From Pseudomonadota bacterium (GTDB lineage Bacteria; Pseudomonadota; Alphaproteobacteria; Kiloniellales; JAKSDN01): 64,000 nt of DNA. The notes below the pieces were generated by a model that had not been told where the DNA came from, did not search any database, and saw only the letters and a program-made list of their open reading frames with translations. Within the stretch, counting starts at the first letter, position 1; every line of letters starts with the position of its first letter. The stretch spans positions 27,773 through 91,772 of the forward strand of contig JBCCGG010000018.1 of the NCBI GenBank assembly GCA_039029395.1, in the 5' to 3' direction. This document shows positions 58,830 to 64,000 of the stretch, in pieces. A program made the position numbers and the translations under genes.

Positions 58830-59641
58830 GGTCGCCCGTGGGCGAGCGCGGGAATCATCCGGCGGGCACGCGCCACGGCGCTCGGGTCGATTGTTGCACT
58901 CACCGCGCCGACAGCATCGCCGCCGTCGGCCAGTACCTGGCCCCAGGGATCGACGATCAGGGAATGGCCATAGGTCTTGCGCCCAGCCTCGTGGTCGCCG
59001 CATTGGGCGGCGGCGAAGACGAAGCAGCCGGTCTCGATCGCCCGGGCCCGCAGCAGGGTCTCCCAATGGGCCCGGCCGGTGTAGCGGGTGAAGGCCGAGG
59101 GCACGATCAGAAAGTCGGCGCCGGCTTGGGCCAGAGCCCGGTAGAGCTGGGGAAAGCGCAAGTCGTAGCAGATCGTGAGCCCCAGCCGGCCCCATGGCAG
59201 GTCGGCCAGAACCAGCCGATCGCCCGGCCGGTAGCTGCGGGATTCCCGGTAGCTGGTGCCGTCGGGGATCTCCACATCGAACATGTGGATCTTGTCGTAG
59301 CGCGCGGCGATGCGGCCCGCGGGATCGAACAGGAAGGAGCGGTTGGCCAGGCGTTCCTCGGTGACCTTGACCACCAGGGAGCCGGCCGAGAGCCATATGC
59401 CCAGCTTGGCCGCCAAGGCGGCCAGGCGCTCAACGCCGCCGTGGTCGGCCTCGGGCCGGGCGGTCGCCAAGGCCTCGCGCCGGTTGTGGGCCATCAAGTC
59501 GCTGGTCTCGGGGGTCAGCACCAATGCGGCGCCGTCGGCCGCCGCTTGGCGGATCAGCGCGTCGAGGGTCTTGAGGTTGGCCTCGGGATCGGGCCCCGAG
59601 GTGATCTGGATGCAGGCGGCCCGGAAGCCACCCTGGGTCAT
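58805..59641 (-). CDS. carbon-nitrogen hydrolase (nitrilase superfamily, Nit-like)
   Basis: The ATG at 59641 gives 278 aa. The catalytic triad context is TPE, YDKIHMF and TICYDLRFP. Confidence 0.88.
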   Translation of the reverse strand: MTQGGFRAACIQITSGPDPEANLKTLDALIRQAAADGAALVLTPETSDLMAHNRREALATARPEADHGGVERLAALAAKLGIWLSAGSLVVKVTEERLANRSFLFDPAGRIAARYDKIHMFDVEIPDGTSYRESRSYRPGDRLVLADLPWGRLGLTICYDLRFPQLYRALAQAGADFLIVPSAFTRYTGRAHWETLLRARAIETGCFVFAAAQCGDHEAGRKTYGHSLIVDPWGQVLADGGDAVGAVSATIDPSAVARARRMIPALAHGRPYELSRRA

Positions 59642-59901
59642 GTGGCCAGGCCGAGCAGTTGGTCGAGCCGGCCGTCCGCCTCTAGGGCGAAGAGCTCGTC
59701 GCTGCCGCCCACATGGGCGCCGTCGATGAAGATCTGGGGAACAGTGTGGCGGCCGCCGGCGCGTTCGCGCATCTCCTGGCGCTTCGAGGGATGGAACATC
59801 ACGTCGACCTCGTTGTAGGTCACGCCCTTGGCGTCGAGCAACCGCTTGGCGCGGTGGCAATAGCCGCACAGCATTGACGTGTAGAGCTCGACCTCGGCCA
59901 T
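59638..59901 (-). CDS. grxC: glutaredoxin 3
   Basis: The ATG at 59901 gives 87 aa. CGYC active site, TVPQIFIDG and GGSDEL. Confidence 0.92.
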   Translation of the reverse strand: MAEVELYTSMLCGYCHRAKRLLDAKGVTYNEVDVMFHPSKRQEMRERAGGRHTVPQIFIDGAHVGGSDELFALEADGRLDQLLGLAT

Positions 59902-59995
59902 GGGCACTTTTCTCCTCGTCCGGCAGATTGAACTGGCCTGAAAAGATGTTACCAGCAGCCGCTCGGTCAAGTCACGTGATCGTGGGTCGGCCCCC

Positions 59996-60760
59996 TCATT
60001 CGGGCCGCTGGGGCCGCAGCACCCGGGCCAGGACCAAGACGTCGACCCCGGCCGCGCCGGCGCGCCGCAGGACCTTGGCGCAGGCGGCGGCGGTGGCGCC
60101 GGTGGTCAGCACGTCGTCAACCAGCAGCACGCGGCGGTCCCGCAGCGCGCTTTCGCGGGCCGGATGGATCTTGAAGGCGCCGGCCACGTTGCGCCGCCGG
60201 GCGGCCGGGCTGAGCCGGCCCTGGGGCGGCGTGTTGCGCCGGCGCACCAAGAGGTCCGGCACCAAGGGCCGTTCGATCCTGCGGGCCAGCGCCGCGGCCA
60301 GCAGGGCCGACTGGTTGTAGCGCCGCTGGAACAGGCGTATCCAATGGAGCGGCACCGGCGCCACCAGGTCGACCTCGGGCACCAGCTCGGCGGCGCCCCG
60401 GGCCAGCCAGTCGCCATAGGCCGGCGCCGCCTCGGTGCGGTCCCGATGCTTCAACGAGATCACCAGGCCCTTGCTGGCCTCGTCGTAGGCCATGACCGCG
60501 CGCGCCCGGTCGAAGGGCGGCGCTTCGCGCAAACAGGCGCTGCAGAGCGCGTCGGGCCCGGGGTCATACTCGAAGGGCGTGCCGCAGCAGGCGCAGTGGG
60601 GCGGCGTGATGAAGGAGATCGCGCCCCAGCAAGAGGCGCAGAGCACGCCGGCCCGGTCGACGGACCCGGCGCAGGCCAGACAGCGCGGCGGCAGTAAAGC
60701 GTTGAGCCCCAGGCCGGGCAGCTGCCGCAGCCCACCGGCCAGGCCTTCAAGTCTCCCCAT
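59996..60760 (-). CDS. ComF family protein (phosphoribosyltransferase domain)
   Basis: 254 aa. It has an N-terminal Cys4 zinc-finger pattern (CLAC...CASCW...CACCG...CSAC) and the C-terminal PRT motif VLLVDDVLTTGAT. Confidence 0.85.
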   Translation of the reverse strand: MGRLEGLAGGLRQLPGLGLNALLPPRCLACAGSVDRAGVLCASCWGAISFITPPHCACCGTPFEYDPGPDALCSACLREAPPFDRARAVMAYDEASKGLVISLKHRDRTEAAPAYGDWLARGAAELVPEVDLVAPVPLHWIRLFQRRYNQSALLAAALARRIERPLVPDLLVRRRNTPPQGRLSPAARRRNVAGAFKIHPARESALRDRRVLLVDDVLTTGATAAACAKVLRRAGAAGVDVLVLARVLRPQRPE

Positions 60761-60816
60761 GGACCCAGTGTGAAGCGCCCCGTGCTGAGGTCAAGGGGAG
60801 CGGCTATAGTAGGCCC

Positions 60817-61725
60817 ATGAGCGACGCGATGATCGTCTTCGACCGGGCCCTGGTGCGGGCCCGCCGAACCCGGGCGGTGGCCAGCCTGGGCCAAGCCGAT
60901 TTCCTCTTCCGCGAGGCGGCCGAGCGCCTGGTGGAGCGCCTGGAGGACATCACCCGGGTTTTCCCCATGGCGCTCGACATCGGCTGTCACGACGGCGCCG
61001 TGGGGCGCGCGCTCGGCGGCCGGGGCGGGGTCGAGACCTTGGTCCAGTGCGACTTCTCGCCGGCCATGGCGGCGGCGGCCGGCGGCTTGGCTTTGGCCGC
61101 CGACGAGGAGTCCCAGCCCTTCGCGCCGGGCGCCTTCGATCTGGTCTTGAGCGCGCTTAGCCTGCATTGGGTCAACGATCTGCCGGGCGCGCTCTTGCAG
61201 CTCAGCCGGGCGCTCAAGCCCGACGGCCTGCTGCTGGCTTCCATGCTGGGCGGCGAGACGCTGATCGAGCTGCGCCAGGCCCTGATCGCGGCGGAGAGCG
61301 AGCTGGAAGGCGGCGCCGGGCCCCGGGTCTCGCCCTTCGCCGACGTGCGGGACCTGGGCGGCTTGCTGCAGCGCGCCGGTTTCGCCCTGCCGGTGGTCGA
61401 CGCCGACACCCTGACCGTCAGCTATCCCGACCCCTTCGCCCTGATGGCCGACCTGCGCGCCATGGGCGAGACCAGCGCGCTTCTAGAACGGCGGCGACGC
61501 CCATCGCGCCGCACCACCTTCCTGCGCGCCGCCGAGCTCTACCAGGACCACCATGGCGGCCCGGACGGGCGCGTGCCGGCGACCTTCCAGATCCTCACCA
61601 TGACCGCCTGGGCGCCCCACGCCTCCCAGCAGCAGCCCTTGCGGCCCGGCAGCGCCAAGGCGCGCCTGGCCCAGGCGCTGGGCGGCGAGGAGGTCTCGGC
61701 GGGGGAGAAGGCGGGGCGGGACTAG
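60817..61725 (+). CDS. SAM-dependent methyltransferase (type 11, BioC/NDUFAF5-like)
   Basis: 302 aa. ALDIGCHDG, then FDLVLSALSLHWVNDLPGAL and LKPDGLL. Confidence 0.8.
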   Translation: MSDAMIVFDRALVRARRTRAVASLGQADFLFREAAERLVERLEDITRVFPMALDIGCHDGAVGRALGGRGGVETLVQCDFSPAMAAAAGGLALAADEESQPFAPGAFDLVLSALSLHWVNDLPGALLQLSRALKPDGLLLASMLGGETLIELRQALIAAESELEGGAGPRVSPFADVRDLGGLLQRAGFALPVVDADTLTVSYPDPFALMADLRAMGETSALLERRRRPSRRTTFLRAAELYQDHHGGPDGRVPATFQILTMTAWAPHASQQQPLRPGSAKARLAQALGGEEVSAGEKAGRD

Positions 61726-61731
61726 GGCCGG

Positions 61732-62193
61732 CTACAAAAAATCTCTCAACATCGCCACCAGCGGCGCGTCGGCCGGCGGCATGGGATAGTCGGCGAGGCG
61801 CACGGGGCGGACCCACTTGAGGCTCTGGCCCTCGAGCGGCGTCGGTTCGCCTTGCCAAACCCGGCAGAGGTAGAGGGGCATCAGCAGGTGGAAGTCCTCG
61901 TAGGCGTGGGAGGCGAAGGTGAAGGGCGCCAGACAGCTGCCCCGTGTGTCGATCGCGAGCTCTTCCTTGAGCTCGCGGATCAGCGCGTCTTCCGGCAGCT
62001 CGCCCGGGTTCACCTTGCCGCCGGGGAACTCCCACAAGCCCGCCATGGCTTTGCCCTCGGGGCGCTGGGCGATCAGCACCCGGCCGTCGATGTCGACCAG
62101 GGCGACCGCGGCAACCAGCACGATTGGCAGACCTGCGGCCCCGGCGCGCTCGCCCGCCGCCCAGCAACCGCTGTCCTGCTCCGGGCCGGCCAT
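61732..62193 (-). CDS. mutT: Nudix hydrolase, 8-oxo-dGTP diphosphatase (MutT-like)
   Basis: 153 aa. Nudix box GLWEFPGGKVNPGELPEDALIRELKEEL. Confidence 0.85.
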   Translation of the reverse strand: MAGPEQDSGCWAAGERAGAAGLPIVLVAAVALVDIDGRVLIAQRPEGKAMAGLWEFPGGKVNPGELPEDALIRELKEELAIDTRGSCLAPFTFASHAYEDFHLLMPLYLCRVWQGEPTPLEGQSLKWVRPVRLADYPMPPADAPLVAMLRDFL

Positions 62194-62198
62194 GGCGC

Positions 62199-63431
62199 TT
62201 AGCTGCGATAGTCGGCGTTGATGTCGATGTAGCCGTGGGTCAGATCGCAGGTCCAGACCGTGGCCCGGCCCCGGCCGACCCCCACGTCTACGTCGATTTC
62301 GATCTCCCGGCCCTTCATGTGGTCGGCCACCGGCGCCTCGTCGTAGCCCGGCACGACCTCGCCCTTTTCGGCCACCGCGATACCGCCGATGGCGATCGCC
62401 AGGCGGTCCCGGTCGGCCTTCTCGCCGGCCTTGCCGACCGCCATCACGATACGCCCCCAGTTGGCGTCCTCGCCGGCGATCGCGGTCTTGACCAGGGGCG
62501 AATTGCCGATCGCCAGGCCGATGCGCCGGGCCGCCTTGGACGAGGCGGCGCCGGAGACCCGGATCGTGATGAACTTCTGGGCGCCCTCGCCGTCCTTGGC
62601 GACCTGCTGGGCCAGATCGACCAACAGGTCCTCCAACGCTGCCCGGAAGGGCTTGAGGCGCGGGTCGCCGGCCTCCGCGATCTTGGGGTGGCGGGCCTGG
62701 CCGCTGGCCGCCAGCAGCAGGGTGTCGCTGGTCGAGGTGTCGCCGTCCACGGTTATCGCGTTGAAGGAGCGGTCGGCGCCCCGGGCAATCAGCGGCTGGA
62801 GCACGGCCGCCGGCAGCTTGGCGTCGGTGCAGACAAACGCCAGCATGGTCGCCATGTCCGGCGCGATCATGCCCGAGCCCTTGGCGATGCCGTTGATCGT
62901 TACCGGCGCGCCGCCGATCTCGGTCTGCCGGCTGGCGCCCTTAGGGAAGGTGTCGGTGGTCATGATCGCCTTGGCGGCCGCCGCCCAGGCGTCGCCGGAC
63001 AAGTCGCGCTTGAGCGCCGGCAAGGCCGCCTTGACCCAGCCATCGGGCAGGGGCTCGCCGATCACCCCGGTCGAGGCGACCAAGACCTGCTTCTTGGGGC
63101 AGGCGAAGGCCTTGGCGGTGGCGTCCACCACGGTCTTGACCGCGTTCGCGCCGCGCTTGCCGGTGAAAGCGTTGGCGTTGCCCGAGTTGACCAGGATCGC
63201 CCGGGCCCGACCGCTGGGCAGCGCTGCCCGGCACCACTCGATCGGCGCCGAGGCGGTGAGCGAGCGGGTCAGCACCCCGGCCACGGTGGCGCGGGGCGCC
63301 AGCTCGATCAGGCAAACGTCCGTCCGGCCCCGGTACTTGATGCCGCAGGCCCGGGTCGCCAACCGTACTCCGGCGATCGCCGGCAGACGCGGAAAGGCGG
63401 CCGGCGCCAGCGGCGAGACCGGACCGGTCAT
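62199..63431 (-). CDS. argJ: bifunctional glutamate N-acetyltransferase / amino-acid acetyltransferase
   Basis: 410 aa. GIKYRGRTD, the autoprocessing site ATMLAFVCTD, and the C-terminal GYIDINADYRS. Confidence 0.96.
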   Translation of the reverse strand: MTGPVSPLAPAAFPRLPAIAGVRLATRACGIKYRGRTDVCLIELAPRATVAGVLTRSLTASAPIEWCRAALPSGRARAILVNSGNANAFTGKRGANAVKTVVDATAKAFACPKKQVLVASTGVIGEPLPDGWVKAALPALKRDLSGDAWAAAAKAIMTTDTFPKGASRQTEIGGAPVTINGIAKGSGMIAPDMATMLAFVCTDAKLPAAVLQPLIARGADRSFNAITVDGDTSTSDTLLLAASGQARHPKIAEAGDPRLKPFRAALEDLLVDLAQQVAKDGEGAQKFITIRVSGAASSKAARRIGLAIGNSPLVKTAIAGEDANWGRIVMAVGKAGEKADRDRLAIAIGGIAVAEKGEVVPGYDEAPVADHMKGREIEIDVDVGVGRGRATVWTCDLTHGYIDINADYRS

Positions 63432-63460
63432 AGCTCCTCCCTTTGCTCCCTAGCGTCGGC

Positions 63461-64000
63461 TTACTGGGCGCTTTCCTCGGCCGCGCCGCCCTCAGCCTCG
63501 GCCTCTTCCGGCTGGGGCGTCAGGATCTCGATCTCGGCATTGTCCCGCAGGCCGGCGATAAGCTCGGCGAACTCGGCACGCGACGCCTCTTCGCGCAGCT
63601 GGGGCTCGACCTCTTCAAAGCTCGGCGGCGCCGTCTCGCGCTGATCCTCGGACTTGATCACGTGCCAGCCGAATTGGGTCTTCACCGGCTCCTTGGTGTA
63701 GGTGCCCGGTTCGAGCGCAAAGGCGGCGGTCGAGAACTCGGGCACCATCTGCCCCTCAGCGAAGTAGCCCAGATCGCCGCCCTGGGCCGAGGACGGCCCG
63801 GTCGAGCGCTCCTTGGCGAGCTCGGCGAAGTCGGCCCCGCCGTCGAGCTCGGCGATGATCTCCTTGGCGGTCTCCTCCTCGGGCACCAGGATGTGGCGCG
63901 CGTGGACCTCGCTCTTGGGCGGATTGGCGGCCAAGTACTCGTCGTAGGTCTCCCGCAGAGTCTCGTCGGTCACGCGTTTCTCCAGCTCGCGCTGCAGGTA
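63461..64000 (-). CDS. PpiC-type (parvulin) peptidyl-prolyl cis-trans isomerase, C-terminal part (5' end outside window)
   Basis: The reading frame is open to the window edge. Rotamase domain: ARHILV...AKERSTGPSSAQGGDLGYF...PEF...FGWHVIK. Confidence 0.85.
   Translation of the reverse strand, partial: YLQRELEKRVTDETLRETYDEYLAANPPKSEVHARHILVPEEETAKEIIAELDGGADFAELAKERSTGPSSAQGGDLGYFAEGQMVPEFSTAAFALEPGTYTKEPVKTQFGWHVIKSEDQRETAPPSFEEVEPQLREEASRAEFAELIAGLRDNAEIEILTPQPEEAEAEGGAAEESAQ

Overview
This is a densely coding, high-GC chromosomal segment. The gene order looks alphaproteobacterial (ppiC-argJ-mutT, grxC-comF, lysC/ubiG, DUF4167-prmC-prfA). I saw no rRNA, tRNA, CRISPR array, transposase or recombinase gene. 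The window falls into four blocks.

(1) About 0.5-12 kb is a visibly lower-GC accessory stretch. Unrelated cargo genes sit here: a PQQ sugar dehydrogenase, small exported and membrane proteins, a decayed peptide-binding protein, a CDF metal exporter and a BTAD/TPR regulator. They are separated by at least seven same-orientation copies of a 60-150 nt repeat family, plus several degenerate partial copies. Three copies share a perfect 28-mer. The repeat reads like the 3' end of a small minus-strand gene. This cassette-like array has no recognisable attC, tRNA or recombinase, and I rank it the most unusual structure in the window.

(2) 12-23 kb holds several sensory and orphan genes:
- a yceI/AraC-GyrI divergent pair;
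- a truncated haemoglobin translationally coupled (ATGA overlap) to a PAS-GAF histidine kinase;
- an exported beta-helix-like protein;
- a lower-GC trio of orphan proteins;
- acdR/acdS (ACC deaminase), followed 33 nt later by a stand-alone AceE-type 2-oxoacid dehydrogenase E1.

(3) 23.4-43.8 kb is a catabolic supercluster under a GntR regulator. It holds two GMC flavoproteins, an MBL lactonase, a class-V aminotransferase, an SDR and a 3-hydroxyacyl-CoA-dehydrogenase-family enzyme. This set matches the enzyme families of the upper vitamin B6 (pyridoxine/pyridoxamine) degradation pathway I. The canonical decarboxylase, flavin ring-opening oxygenase and hydrolase are absent. In their place are a gentisate-1,2-dioxygenase-type bicupin, RidA, GST, a beta-propeller protein, an AA_synth protein, a TRAP system and a BMP-type ABC system. 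A low-GC AACCAAT(A/T)T motif marks the promoter regions of this cluster.

(4) 44-64 kb is housekeeping: clpB with a sigma32-type promoter, MOSC, DUF4167, prmC, prfA, hemA, hisS, RodZ-like, lysC, ubiG, grxC, nit, comF, mutT, argJ and ppiC.

Many long ORFs antisense to, or out of frame with, real genes are high-GC artefacts and are rejected.
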